Positions 1-9,197 are shown, counted from the first letter of the stretch. The stretch: DNA of 64,000 nt from Clostridiales bacterium (GCA_004558115.1 SFDT01000002.1:8263-72262); one strand, 5' to 3'. The notes: generated by a model not told the origin, from the letters alone. A program made the numbers and translations.

Positions 1-1416
1 CCCCACGCCGCCATCCGTCCCTTCCTGCTGAACGCGGAGGAAGAGGCTGCGAAGCCCGCCTCCTTCGTCACCAAGGAAGCCAAGGGCAAGGGCTTTGAGG
101 GCCTGACCTTCCGCATGCAGGTCGATCCTCTGGACTGCCAGGGCTGCGGCGCCTGCGCCAATGCCTGCCCCGCCAAGGAGAAGGCTCTGGTCATGGAGCT
201 GCTGGATACCCAGATGCCCGAGCAGGAGAACTGGGACCATGCGTTGACCCTGTCCACCAAGGCCAATCCCATGGACAAGTTCACCGTCCGCGGTTCTCAG
301 TTCGAGCGTCCTCTGTACGAGTTCAGCGGCGCCTGCGCCGGCTGCGGCGAGGCTCCCTACATGAAGCTCATGTCTCAGCTGTTCGGTGATCGGATGTTCG
401 TTACCTCCGCCACTGGCTGCTCTTACGTCGTGGGCTCCTCCACGCCTTCCTTCCCCTACGCGGCCAACGAGAAGGGCCACGGTCCCGCCAACTCCAACTC
501 CCTGTTCGAGGATAACGCCGAGTATGCGCTGGGCATGAAGCTGTCCATCGACCAGATGCGCCGTCAGATGGCTGCCCACGCCGAGGCTGTGGTGGCTGCC
601 ACCTCCGACGCCGAACTGAAGAGCGCCATCGAGGCCTGGCTGGCTGAGGGCGATATCGGCGATAAGACCCGCGCTCTGTCCGAGGCGGTCGTGGCCGCGC
701 TGGACGCCACCACGGAGACCTCCGATGACATCGCCTTCATGAAGGCCAACAAGGATGTTCTGCCCAAGAAGAGCGTCTGGATGTACGGCGGCGACGGCTG
801 GGCTTACGATATCGGATTCGGCGGTCTGGACCATGTCCTGGCTTCCGGCGCTGACGTGAACATTCTGGTGGTCGATACCGAGGTGTACTCCAACACCGGC
901 GGTCAGGCTTCCAAGGCCACCCAGCTGGGCGCTGTGGCGCAGTTTGCCAACGCCGGTAAGAAGACCGGCAAGAAGGATCTGGGCGCCATCGCCATGACGT
1001 ATGGCAATGTCTATGTTGCCCAGGTCGCCATGGGCGCCAACGAGCAGCACCTCATCACGGCTTTGAAGGAAGCCGAGGCGCATCATGGTCCCTCCCTCAT
1101 CATTGCTTACGCACCCTGCATCAACCACGGTATCTCCAAGGGCATGGGCCAGGTCCAGCTGGAGGAGAAGCAGGCCAGCGAGTGCGGCTATTGGCCCCTG
1201 TGGCGCTATGTGCCCGAGCTGAAGGACGAGGGTAAGAATCCCTTCATCCTGACCAGCAAGGAGCCCAACGGCCAGCTGCTGGACTTCATGATGGGCGAGA
1301 CCCGGTTCGCCTCTCTGACCAGAACCTTCCCCGAGACGGCCAAGGAGCTGTTCGAGGCGGCCCAGGAGTTCTGCGCTGATCGTTACGCCAGATACAAGAA
1401 GCTGGCCGAGGGCTGA
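1..1416 (+). CDS. nifJ: Pyruvate:ferredoxin (flavodoxin) oxidoreductase, single-chain type, C-terminal part (5' end outside window)
   Basis: Frame open from base 1 (PHAAIRPFLL...); ferredoxin motif DCQGCGACANACP, FSGACAGCGE, TPP-binding GGDGWAYDIG, DTEVYSNTGGQ, YAPCINHG. Confidence 0.95.
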   Translation, partial: PHAAIRPFLLNAEEEAAKPASFVTKEAKGKGFEGLTFRMQVDPLDCQGCGACANACPAKEKALVMELLDTQMPEQENWDHALTLSTKANPMDKFTVRGSQFERPLYEFSGACAGCGEAPYMKLMSQLFGDRMFVTSATGCSYVVGSSTPSFPYAANEKGHGPANSNSLFEDNAEYALGMKLSIDQMRRQMAAHAEAVVAATSDAELKSAIEAWLAEGDIGDKTRALSEAVVAALDATTETSDDIAFMKANKDVLPKKSVWMYGGDGWAYDIGFGGLDHVLASGADVNILVVDTEVYSNTGGQASKATQLGAVAQFANAGKKTGKKDLGAIAMTYGNVYVAQVAMGANEQHLITALKEAEAHHGPSLIIAYAPCINHGISKGMGQVQLEEKQASECGYWPLWRYVPELKDEGKNPFILTSKEPNGQLLDFMMGETRFASLTRTFPETAKELFEAAQEFCADRYARYKKLAEG

Positions 1417-1454
1417 GCCCCTGCCTGACGCTTATCTGTGCAGCACAGCATCAT

Positions 1455-1492
1455 AAAAAAGAGCGGTACCCGATCTCGGGTACCGCTCTTTT
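1455..1492 (+). terminator. Intrinsic terminator after PFOR
   Basis: AAAAAAGAGCGGTACCCG-ATCT-CGGGTACCGCTCTTTT hairpin with A/T tails. Confidence 0.85.
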
Positions 1493-1587
1493 CAGCTTGT
1501 CAAAGAACCAGGCCAAAGGTGTGGATTTTCTGGTATAATGGAAGTAAGAGGTGAAGAGAATGGAAAAAAGATTCTCGGAAAGCGCCG

Positions 1588-1772
1588 GTCATCGAGGGCA
1601 AGTATGTCCTGAGCTACAAGCCCAAGGAGAAGAAGCCTGTTGAGGAGTACCTGAAGATGCAGGGCCGTTTCGCCCACATGTTCAAGCCCGGCAACGAGTG
1701 GATGATCGAGCAGGTCCAGAAGGAAGTCGACCGCAACTGTGGGAAGAGCTTCTGAAGCTCTGCGAGCTGTAA
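1588..1772 (+). pseudogene. Remnant of the C-terminus of a 2-oxoacid:ferredoxin oxidoreductase beta subunit (PorB-like), frameshifted, no in-frame start
   Basis: Manual translation VIEGKYVLSYKPKEKKPVEEYLKMQGRFAHMFKPGNEWMIEQVQKEVDRN, then in another frame WEELLKLCEL*; resembles the PorB C-terminal KPVEEYLKxQGRF motif; not in the ORF track. Confidence 0.65.
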
Positions 1773-1791
1773 GATTTCCCCTGCATGCTGC

Positions 1792-1827
1792 AAAAAGCGC
1801 CCGTCCTGAAAAGGACGGGCGCTTTTT
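1792..1827. terminator. Bidirectional terminator-like hairpin
   Basis: AAAAAGCGCCCGTCCT-GAAA-AGGACGGGCGCTTTTT. Confidence 0.8.
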
Positions 1828-1840
1828 GCGCGAAGCAGAG

Positions 1841-1882
1841 AAAAGCCGCTGCTTTCCAAGATACGAAAAGCAGCGGCTTTTT
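1841..1882. terminator. Second terminator-like hairpin at the 3' end of the XRE gene
   Basis: AAAAGCCGCTGCTTT...AAAGCAGCGGCTTTTT. Confidence 0.65.
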
Positions 1883-2346
1883 CATGATTTGCCCAGTTCT
1901 TTACGGACGGCCTGCCGCAGCAGGGCCTGCCCCTCGGGGGAGCGGAGCACATCCAGCACCGCGGCGCGGACCACGCCTTGGAAGGACTTGCTGTTCAGCA
2001 GGGCGCTGAACACGGCGCTGTCCTGGCCCCCGCCGGAGGACTGGACCACCACCGGGGCGGCGGGCCGTTTGGGCGCCGGCGCGGGGGCGGGCTCCTCCTC
2101 GGCGTAAGCCCGCTCCAGCCAGGTGCCCTGGCCTTCTTCCCGGACATCCACCTCGCCCCGGAGATAGGCCAGGGTGACGCCGAAAAACTCCGCCAGCTTT
2201 TTCTGCTGGTCCTGGGAGGGCGTCTGCCGTCCGGTCTCAAATTTTTCCGCCGCGCTTTTGGGGAAACCCAAAGCGGCGGACAGGGCGGGACGGCTGAGGT
2301 TCCGCTCCGTCCGCAGGGCTTCAATGCGCTGTGCCATGGTGACCAT
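1882..2346 (-). CDS. XRE-family helix-turn-helix protein with C-terminal extension
   Basis: RIEALRTERNLSRPALSAALG...KFETGRQTP...KLAEFFGVTLAYLRG; AGGAGG RBS upstream. Confidence 0.8.
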   Translation of the reverse strand: MVTMAQRIEALRTERNLSRPALSAALGFPKSAAEKFETGRQTPSQDQQKKLAEFFGVTLAYLRGEVDVREEGQGTWLERAYAEEEPAPAPAPKRPAAPVVVQSSGGGQDSAVFSALLNSKSFQGVVRAAVLDVLRSPEGQALLRQAVRKELGKS

Positions 2347-2367
2347 TGTGTGATTCCTCCTGAAAAC

Positions 2368-3621
2368 TCAATCTTTGGGGTGACGCTGCCGGATGACGGA
2401 GAAAGCCTCCTCCGCCACGGCGATCGTCTCGGCAATGTCCTCGTCGGAGAGGGCATAGTTGATGAAGTGATTGTGGTGGGTGGTGAAAAACACGCCCCGC
2501 TTCACGCACTCGGCGATCCACTCCTGGTGGAGCATCAGGCTGGGGTCATCCGCCAGCCGCAGGTAAAACAGGCTGGGCATTCCCGAAACGTGGAGGTCAA
2601 AGCCGTACTTCTGTCCGGCGGCAATAAGACCATCGCCCAATTTTTTGCCCTTTTCGTTTAGTATTTTGGGCAAATCCAGCTTTTTCATTTTCTCCACGCA
2701 GGCGATGCCGGCGGCGAAGGGCACGGCGGAGAGCCAGTAGCTGCCGGTGTAGCTGATGCCGGAAACGGTGCCCTTCAAAAACTCCTTGCCGCACAGGGCG
2801 GAGACGTTGTAGCCGTTGGCCAGGGCCTTGCAGAAGCAGATGAGGTCCGCCTCAAAGTCGAAATAGTGGTCGCTGCCCTGGAGGTCCAGCCGCCAGCCGG
2901 CCCGGACATCGTCCACGATGAGGATGGCGCCTTCGTCCGTGCACAGCTTGCGGACCTTCTGCCAGTACCCGTCGGCAGGCAGCTCATTGTCTTTAAAATT
3001 GCCGTGCATGTAGGGCTGGCCGATGACGGCGGCGATCTGGCCCTTGTAGCGGTCAAACAGCTCCGCCAGGGCGTCAAAGTCATTCCACTCCACGTACAGG
3101 TTGTGCATCACATCTTCTTCCAGCACGCCGGAGTAGTCCATCTTCTGGGTCCAGGGAGAGACGCCGTGGTAGTAGCCCTTGAAAAAGACGATCTTCTTCC
3201 GGTGGGTGTGGGCTCTGGCGGTCATGACCGCCAGGGTGGTGACATCGTTGCCGTTCTTGGCGAAAAAGGCCCAGTCGGCGGAGGCCACGGTCTCCACCAG
3301 CAGCTCCGCGAAGTCGATCATTTTGGTGGAGGGAATGGTGACACAGTCCTCCAGCTGCCGCTGCTTGGCCGCCGCGGCGTCCACGTCCGGGTCGTGGTAG
3401 CCCAGGACATTGGGGCCGTAGCCGCACATATAGTCGATCATCCGGTTGCCGTCCACGTCCCAGAAATAGCTGCCCTGAGCCCGGGAGGAGAACAAAGGCC
3501 ACGCCTCCACGGGGGTATAGCAGCCCTCGGCGGGGCCCTGGTGGCCGTAAATGCCGGAGGGGATCACCTTACAGGCTCGGAGGTATTCCTCCCGGCTTTT
3601 GGAATAGTCGTTGATCTTCAT
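2368..3621 (-). CDS. Class III PLP-dependent aminotransferase (HemL/GSA-aminomutase-like, divergent)
   Basis: AQGSYFWDVDGNRMIDYMCGYGPNVLGY; LIVDDVRAGWR; PLP lysine region ADLICFCKALANG. Confidence 0.85.
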   Translation of the reverse strand: MKINDYSKSREEYLRACKVIPSGIYGHQGPAEGCYTPVEAWPLFSSRAQGSYFWDVDGNRMIDYMCGYGPNVLGYHDPDVDAAAAKQRQLEDCVTIPSTKMIDFAELLVETVASADWAFFAKNGNDVTTLAVMTARAHTHRKKIVFFKGYYHGVSPWTQKMDYSGVLEEDVMHNLYVEWNDFDALAELFDRYKGQIAAVIGQPYMHGNFKDNELPADGYWQKVRKLCTDEGAILIVDDVRAGWRLDLQGSDHYFDFEADLICFCKALANGYNVSALCGKEFLKGTVSGISYTGSYWLSAVPFAAGIACVEKMKKLDLPKILNEKGKKLGDGLIAAGQKYGFDLHVSGMPSLFYLRLADDPSLMLHQEWIAECVKRGVFFTTHHNHFINYALSDEDIAETIAVAEEAFSVIRQRHPKD

Positions 3622-3633
3622 GATGGTCCCTCC

Positions 3634-4389
3634 TTACGCGAGATATACCGCCACCCGGTCCAGGATGCGGTTGATGTTGTCGATCTGGGAGATCATACCG
3701 CCGATGCGGACCTGTCCCAGCCCCACGGCGGCGATGGCGTTCACCTGGCCGTCAAACAGGTCCCGGGCCAGGTGCATCCCCTGGAACTCCATATAGGAGA
3801 GGAACTGCTCCGGCGCCTGGTGGACGGCGGTCAGGCGGTGGTCCCGGCAGCACAGGGCCGCGGCGGGGCCGCCGGCAATGGAGAGCTTCGCGGTGCCGTC
3901 CACGATGTTGGAGGCGGAGAATTGGCCGATGGTATCTTGATTGGCCACCTGGGCGATGGCCTCCGCGATGACATGGAACATCAGCGTGGTGGAGACACGG
4001 AAAAACTCCGGGTCACTGAGGGCGCCGGGAGCCGGCTTCAAAAAGGCGCCCAGCCGGTCCGTCAGCTTGGTGAAGGGGCCCAGCAGAAAGCCCACCTTGG
4101 TGAAGCCCTTGCTGGGAATGGGCGTCACCGTGCCGTCGATGAGGCCGTTGAACTTTTCACAGGAGGTGAAGGGCAGTTTGACCTGGCACCGCTCCGTGCC
4201 GGGGACCATGCGGCACTGGCCGCCGCCGAAAAACAGGGTGGCCTCCGGTCCGCCCTTCACGGAAAAGCCTATGGAAACGGACTTCCCCGCAATGAGCTGC
4301 GCGGACGCCGAGTCCAGCTGACAGAGATAGGGAATAGCGCCCAGCACGGCGAAAAGGTTGATGTAAGCCATGGTCCTCGCGTCTTTCAT
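3634..4389 (-). CDS. Conserved hypothetical protein, possibly SCP2-like fold
   Basis: ATG at 4389 with GGAGG RBS; strong GC3 bias; DLFDGQVNAIAAVGLGQVRIGG resembles an SCP2 C-terminal pattern; tightly linked to the aminotransferase. Confidence 0.6.
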   Translation of the reverse strand: MKDARTMAYINLFAVLGAIPYLCQLDSASAQLIAGKSVSIGFSVKGGPEATLFFGGGQCRMVPGTERCQVKLPFTSCEKFNGLIDGTVTPIPSKGFTKVGFLLGPFTKLTDRLGAFLKPAPGALSDPEFFRVSTTLMFHVIAEAIAQVANQDTIGQFSASNIVDGTAKLSIAGGPAAALCCRDHRLTAVHQAPEQFLSYMEFQGMHLARDLFDGQVNAIAAVGLGQVRIGGMISQIDNINRILDRVAVYLA

Positions 4390-4487
4390 ACGGCTGCCTC
4401 CAGTTTGCATTTGATGATTCAGTATACAGCGAAATGCCGGGAAGTGCAAGCGGAGGCAGCCCTTTGGGCTGCCTCCGCTTGGAAATT

Positions 4488-4934
4488 TTATTCGGAGATG
4501 CTTTGATAGAACCGGACCGCGCCGGCCAGGTCTTCCGGGTCGGGATGGCCCTTGGCTATGCCGCCCACCAGCCGGAAGGGGCCGAAGGTGTCAAAACCCA
4601 AGCAGCCGTATTCCCCCAGGATCTCGGCGTTTTTGGCGCGGACGATCTTGGCGATGGCATCCGTGTAGCTCTGCTTTTTTGCCCCGCAGGTGTAAAGAAA
4701 GAACACCGGCTTTCCCTCGGGCAGACATGTTTCCGCCAGATGCAGGACGCTTTTGTGGAACTTGGAATAGTAAATACCGGAGGCGAAGCCCACCCGCTCA
4801 TAGCCGCGCAGATCGGCATCCGGGGCAGCTGCGGCGTCGATCAGGTCTATGCCGTCAAAGGCCTCCGCAAGGGCATCCACAAGCTGTTTCGTGTTGCCGT
4901 GATGTTTGGAATAATAGACGATGGCTGTTTTCAT
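4488..4934 (-). CDS. Flavodoxin-family protein
   Basis: IVYYSKHHGNTKQL; GFASGIYY; CLGFDTFGPF...GGIAKGHP. Confidence 0.85.
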   Translation of the reverse strand: MKTAIVYYSKHHGNTKQLVDALAEAFDGIDLIDAAAAPDADLRGYERVGFASGIYYSKFHKSVLHLAETCLPEGKPVFFLYTCGAKKQSYTDAIAKIVRAKNAEILGEYGCLGFDTFGPFRLVGGIAKGHPDPEDLAGAVRFYQSISE

Positions 4935-5045
4935 AAGCAAATCTCCTTGATTTGTGGCAGTATAAAAATTATACTATACAAAAAGACGGCGGGCAAGTAC
5001 GCAGAAAGCGTATACCTGGTATCGTCAACTGTACTGGAGGGGGCA

Positions 5046-5408
5046 ATGAGAAAGGACATGACGGCGGAGGAATACCTGCAACAGATACTTTCGGACGGTA
5101 TGCGGGATGACTGCCCCGTGGGGCGCACGCTGGAATTGCTGAGCGGCAAATGGCGGACCCGCATTATTTTTGAGCTTTGCAAAAAGCCTTCGTGGCGGTT
5201 TTGCGAGTTGAAAAAAGCGGTCCCAAGGATCACCAACACCATGCTGACGACGGTGCTGCGGGACCTGGAGCGCCTGGGGATCGTGGGCAGGGAACAGTTC
5301 AATGAGATCCCGCCCCATGTGGAATATGCGCTGACGGAGAAGGGCAGGGCGCTGCTCCCGGTATTTTTTGAGCTGGCAAAGTGGGGCGACGCCTACCTTG
5401 CGGAGTGA
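5046..5408 (+). CDS. HxlR-family winged-helix transcriptional regulator, divergent from the flavodoxin
   Basis: CPVGRTLELLSGKWR...RFCELKK...ITNTMLT..LRDLE..GIV.REQFNEIPPHVEYALTEKG. Confidence 0.9.
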   Translation: MRKDMTAEEYLQQILSDGMRDDCPVGRTLELLSGKWRTRIIFELCKKPSWRFCELKKAVPRITNTMLTTVLRDLERLGIVGREQFNEIPPHVEYALTEKGRALLPVFFELAKWGDAYLAE

Positions 5409-5428
5409 CCGCGTTTTCTGTGAAACAG

Positions 5429-5457
5429 TGGACTTTCGGGCGGCGGCATGATACAAT
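5429..5457 (+). promoter_or_regulatory. Putative sigma70/A promoter for the metallophosphoesterase-nucleotidyltransferase pair
   Basis: TGGACT-17bp-TACAAT with extended -10 TG. Confidence 0.5.
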
Positions 5458-5492
5458 AATACGACTATTTTCCAACGGAGCGGGAGGCGGAC

Positions 5493-6386
5493 ATGCGGTA
5501 TACGGGACAGCGGAGACGGCGGCTGCGGCAGGCGAAGCGGGCCTGCCTGGGGCTTTTGGCCTGCTTTGCGCTGTGGTGCGCCTGGGGACTGTGGCAGTCC
5601 TATCACCATCCGGTGACACGGGAGTGGACGGTGGACCTGCCCCAACTGGATGGCCCGGTGCGGCTGGCGGTGCTGTCCGACCTTCATGACATGGATCTTG
5701 GCGGAGACAACCGCCGTCTGGTGGAGCTGACGGCGGCGGAGAAGCCGGACCTGGTCCTGCTGGACGGGGATATGCTCAACAGCTATTCCCAGGACAGCGG
5801 CCGGGTGTGCTCGCTGGTGCGGCAGCTGGCGGATATTGCGCCGGTCTATTACGCCTGGGGCAACCACGAGCTGGAATACATGGAACGGGGGACTTCCCCG
5901 CTGGAGGCGGAGCTCACCGCCGCCGGTGCCGTGGTGCTGGACCGCTCCTTTGCGGACCTGACCGTGCATGGCCAGCGCCTTCGCCTGGGCGGACTGTACG
6001 ATTACGCCTTCGCCTTGGATGATTTCAACACCTGCGACCCTGCCCGCATGGACCCAGCGGTGTACGGTTTCCTGTCGGAGTTCCAGGAGACGGACCGGTG
6101 CCGCATCCTGCTGTCCCATCGGCCGGACAGCTTTGTGTTTGGGGAGGCCTCCGCCACCTGGGGAGTGGAACTGGTCATCAGCGGCCACGACCACGGCGGC
6201 CAGGTGGTGCTGCCGTTTCTGGGCGGCGTCTTCGGCGGAGACCAGGGGCTGTTTCCGGAGTATATCCACGGCCTGTATGAAAAGGACGGCATCCGGCTGG
6301 CCATTACCAGCGGCCTTGGCACCCACTGGGAAAAGCTGCCCCGGATGTGGAACCCGCCGGAGATCATGATTTTAAATTTACGGTAA
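5493..6386 (+). CDS. Membrane-anchored calcineurin-like metallophosphoesterase (YkuE/YaeI-like)
   Basis: N-terminal TM segment; SDLH, GD, GNHE, LSHRP, SGHDHGGQ motifs. Confidence 0.9.
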   Translation: MRYTGQRRRRLRQAKRACLGLLACFALWCAWGLWQSYHHPVTREWTVDLPQLDGPVRLAVLSDLHDMDLGGDNRRLVELTAAEKPDLVLLDGDMLNSYSQDSGRVCSLVRQLADIAPVYYAWGNHELEYMERGTSPLEAELTAAGAVVLDRSFADLTVHGQRLRLGGLYDYAFALDDFNTCDPARMDPAVYGFLSEFQETDRCRILLSHRPDSFVFGEASATWGVELVISGHDHGGQVVLPFLGGVFGGDQGLFPEYIHGLYEKDGIRLAITSGLGTHWEKLPRMWNPPEIMILNLR

Positions 6387-6396
6387 AGGAAATGAG

Positions 6397-7635
6397 GTGA
6401 AAGCGCCTGTGGAACAGTATGAACGACAGCTGCTGGAGGCTCTGCGGGCGTTTTTGCGAAGCGAACCGGCCCGGGTGCTGCTGACGGAGCAAGCGGACTG
6501 GGCGCGGCTGTGGGAGCTGGCGGCCCAGCAGAAGGTGCTGCCCATGGCGGCGGATGCCCTGGCGCCCGCGCTGCGGACAGGCGGCGGTGAAGCCAATCTG
6601 GCGGCGGTGCGAAAGACCGCCGTGCAGACCATGACGGTGCAGTTCCACCGCAGCGCCGTATTTCTGGAGCTGTACCGAAAGCTGCTGGAAAAAGGGACCC
6701 GCCCCCTTGTGGTGAAGGGAATTTTGTGCCGGGAGCTGTATCCGAAGCCGGACCTGCGGATCTCCGCGGATGAGGACCTGCTGGTGGCGGAGGAGGAGCT
6801 GCCCACGGTGCTGGCGGCGCTGCGGAAGGCCGGCATGACGGTGGAGGACCCGGACGCGGAGCAGGTGCTGGCCTGCCGGGACAGCCGGACAGGGCTGTAT
6901 CTGGAGCTGCACCGGACGCTGTTTCCGGCGTCCTCGGAGGTGTACGGCGGGCTGAACCGCTTTTTTGACGATGCCTTTGCCAATGCTGCGGAAGTGCCGG
7001 TGGAAGGCGGGACGGTGTGGTCATTGTGCCCGGAGGCGCATTTGCTGTATCTCATCCTTCACAGCTTCAAGCACTTTCTCCACTCGGGCTTCGGCATCCG
7101 GCAGGTGTGCGACATCTGCCTGTTTACCGAAGCCTATGGCGCGGAGCTGGACTGGCACCGTCTGGCGGAGCGGCTGGCCCAGGCCCGGGCGGATGTGTTT
7201 GCCGCCAACCTGCTGGCCATTGGCCGGGAATACCTGGGCTTTTCCCGGTATCCGGAGGAAGCGGAAGCCTGGATGGCCGGATTCGGAGACAAATTGGACT
7301 GCGGTGACCTGCTGGCAGACCTGCTGGCCAGCGGTATTTACGGCAGCAGCTCTCTTTCCCGGCAGCACAGCAGTCTCATCACCCTTAACGCGGTGAAGGA
7401 CGGCGCCGGCGGCAGGAGCGCCCACCGGGTGCTGCGGACGATGTTCCCGGCTCGGAAGGACCTGCTCAGGGCATATCCCTATCTGGAGCGGTATCCCTGG
7501 CTGCTGCCGGCGGCGTGGGTCCAGCGGCTTGGCCGCTATCAGAGCCAGAACGGAGGCGCGGAGTCTGCCAAGGAGAGCCTTTCCATCGGAACCCAGCGGG
7601 TGGAGCTGCTGAAAAAATACCAGGTGATCCGGTGA
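6397..7635 (+). CDS. Nucleotidyltransferase family protein (NTP_transf_5-like, often found near lasso-peptide/PqqD clusters)
   Basis: VVKG...LYPKPDLRISADEDLLV; LELHRTL; HSFKHF..GFGIRQVCDI. Confidence 0.85.
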   Translation: MKAPVEQYERQLLEALRAFLRSEPARVLLTEQADWARLWELAAQQKVLPMAADALAPALRTGGGEANLAAVRKTAVQTMTVQFHRSAVFLELYRKLLEKGTRPLVVKGILCRELYPKPDLRISADEDLLVAEEELPTVLAALRKAGMTVEDPDAEQVLACRDSRTGLYLELHRTLFPASSEVYGGLNRFFDDAFANAAEVPVEGGTVWSLCPEAHLLYLILHSFKHFLHSGFGIRQVCDICLFTEAYGAELDWHRLAERLAQARADVFAANLLAIGREYLGFSRYPEEAEAWMAGFGDKLDCGDLLADLLASGIYGSSSLSRQHSSLITLNAVKDGAGGRSAHRVLRTMFPARKDLLRAYPYLERYPWLLPAAWVQRLGRYQSQNGGAESAKESLSIGTQRVELLKKYQVIR

Positions 7636-7638
7636 AGG

Positions 7639-7673
7639 AAAAAACGGGAGGGACTGAGGTCCCTCCCGTTTTT
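7639..7673. terminator. Bidirectional terminator between convergent genes
   Basis: AAAAACGGGAGGGAC-TGAG-GTCCCTCCCGTTTTT. Confidence 0.85.
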
Positions 7674-7685
7674 GAACGGTATGGT

Positions 7686-8873
7686 TCAGGATGCGGCGGC
7701 CAGCTGGGGATAGGCGGAGCGGACGTAGCGGTCTATGCGCCGCAGGGCCTCCCGCAGGTTTTCCTCCGAGTTGGCGAACACGATGCGCAGATATCCTTCC
7801 CCCATGGCGCCCAGCACGGAGCCGGGAATGACCACCACCCGGGCGTGCTCCAGCAGTTCCTCCGCAAAGGCCTGGGAGCTCTTGCCGAAGGCCTTGATGT
7901 TGGGGAAGGCGTAAAAGCCGCCGGCGGTCCGGCCGCAGCGGAAGCCGGGAATTTGATTCAGACCGTCCACCAGGATGTCCCGGCGGCGGGCATACGCCCG
8001 CACCATGGCGTCCACGCTGCGCTTTTGGCGGAAGGCCTCGGCGGCGGCCACCTGCACAAACGTGGGGATGCAGGACACCACGCCCTCCTGAAGCTGGGCC
8101 AGCTTCGTGATATAGGCCGGGTCGGACATGACCGCGTAGCCCACCCGCCAGCCGGTCATGGCGTAGGTCTTGGAAAAGCTGTTGAGGAGGATGACCCGGT
8201 CCCGTACCTCCGGCACCTGGGCCATGCTGAAATGCTCCGCGCCGTCAAAGACCAGGGCGTCGTAGGGCTCGTCGGAAAAGACCCACAGGTCATGACGCCG
8301 CACCACTTGGGCGATGGAGAGGATGTCCTCCCGGCTCAAGACGGCGCCGGTGGGATTGGCGGGGGAGTTGAGAACGATGCCCCGGGTTTTTGGCGTGATG
8401 GCCTTTTCAATGTCGCTGGCCTGGATGCGAAAGCCGTTTTCCTCGTAGGTAGGCACCGGAACGGCCCTGGCTCCCACCAGGATGGCCTGTCCGTAGTAGT
8501 TGGAAAAGCAGGGATCCGGTACTAATATCTCGTCGCCGGGATTCAGCAGAGCCATGAACGTCAGCGTCATGCCCTCCAGGGCACCGGCGGTGATGATGAC
8601 ATGGTCCCGGGTGTAGCCCGGCCAGAAGGCCTGGCAGCGGCGGGCCACGGCATCCCGCAGGCCGGGCATTCCGGCGTTGGGACTGTAATGGGTGTAGCCC
8701 TCGTCCAGGGCCCGCTTGGCGGCCTCCCGGATATAGACGGGAGTGTCAAAATCCGGCTCTCCCAGGGTGAGGTTGATGGTGTCTTGATATTGGGCGGCCA
8801 GAGCGGCCATTTTGCGGATGCCGGAGGCTGGGTATGCCTGGGCACGCTGGGAGAGCAGCAGAGATCCTTTCAT
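7686..8873 (-). CDS. Class I/II PLP-dependent aminotransferase (aspartate/aromatic type)
   Basis: INLTLGEPDFDTP; NSPANPTG; SDEPY; NSFSKTYAMTGWRVGY. Confidence 0.92.
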   Translation of the reverse strand: MKGSLLLSQRAQAYPASGIRKMAALAAQYQDTINLTLGEPDFDTPVYIREAAKRALDEGYTHYSPNAGMPGLRDAVARRCQAFWPGYTRDHVIITAGALEGMTLTFMALLNPGDEILVPDPCFSNYYGQAILVGARAVPVPTYEENGFRIQASDIEKAITPKTRGIVLNSPANPTGAVLSREDILSIAQVVRRHDLWVFSDEPYDALVFDGAEHFSMAQVPEVRDRVILLNSFSKTYAMTGWRVGYAVMSDPAYITKLAQLQEGVVSCIPTFVQVAAAEAFRQKRSVDAMVRAYARRRDILVDGLNQIPGFRCGRTAGGFYAFPNIKAFGKSSQAFAEELLEHARVVVIPGSVLGAMGEGYLRIVFANSEENLREALRRIDRYVRSAYPQLAAAS

Positions 8874-8936
8874 GTCAAAAACGCCTCGCTTTGACCATGT
8901 GCTGCGGCACATGGTATATGGTATTATGTAATAATA

Positions 8937-8975
8937 AAAGCAAGGGCGCTTTCCCAGCGGGAAAGCGCCCTTGCT
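8937..8975 (-). terminator. Terminator-like hairpin in the aminotransferase 5' leader
   Basis: Minus strand AGCAAGGGCGCTTTCCC-GCT-GGGAAAGCGCCCTTGC followed by TTTTATT. Confidence 0.7.
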
Positions 8976-8992
8976 CTCGTTTCTGCTTTTTC

Positions 8993-9021
8993 AGTTTAAC
9001 GGACTGGCGGGAAAAAGTCAA
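8993..9021 (-). promoter_or_regulatory. Putative sigma70/A promoter pointing toward the aminotransferase
   Basis: Minus strand TTGACT-17bp-TAAACT. Confidence 0.55.
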
Positions 9022-9168
9022 TGGGAAGAACTTCCACAATGGGCGGCGGAAGGACCGTCCCCGTCCGGCATTTCGCCGGAACCGCCGGATACGGTGGAGC
9101 GAAGAAGAACCACTAAAAGAATAGTTACAAAAATATGATAATTTTGCGTTAACATTTAACATATATAT

Positions 9169-9197
9169 TTGACTTTGCCGGATGGCAGGGATATAAT
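9169..9197 (+). promoter_or_regulatory. Sigma70/A promoter of the capD-cpsB-cpsCD operon
   Basis: TTGACT-17bp-TATAAT with an AT-rich upstream element. Confidence 0.75.
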
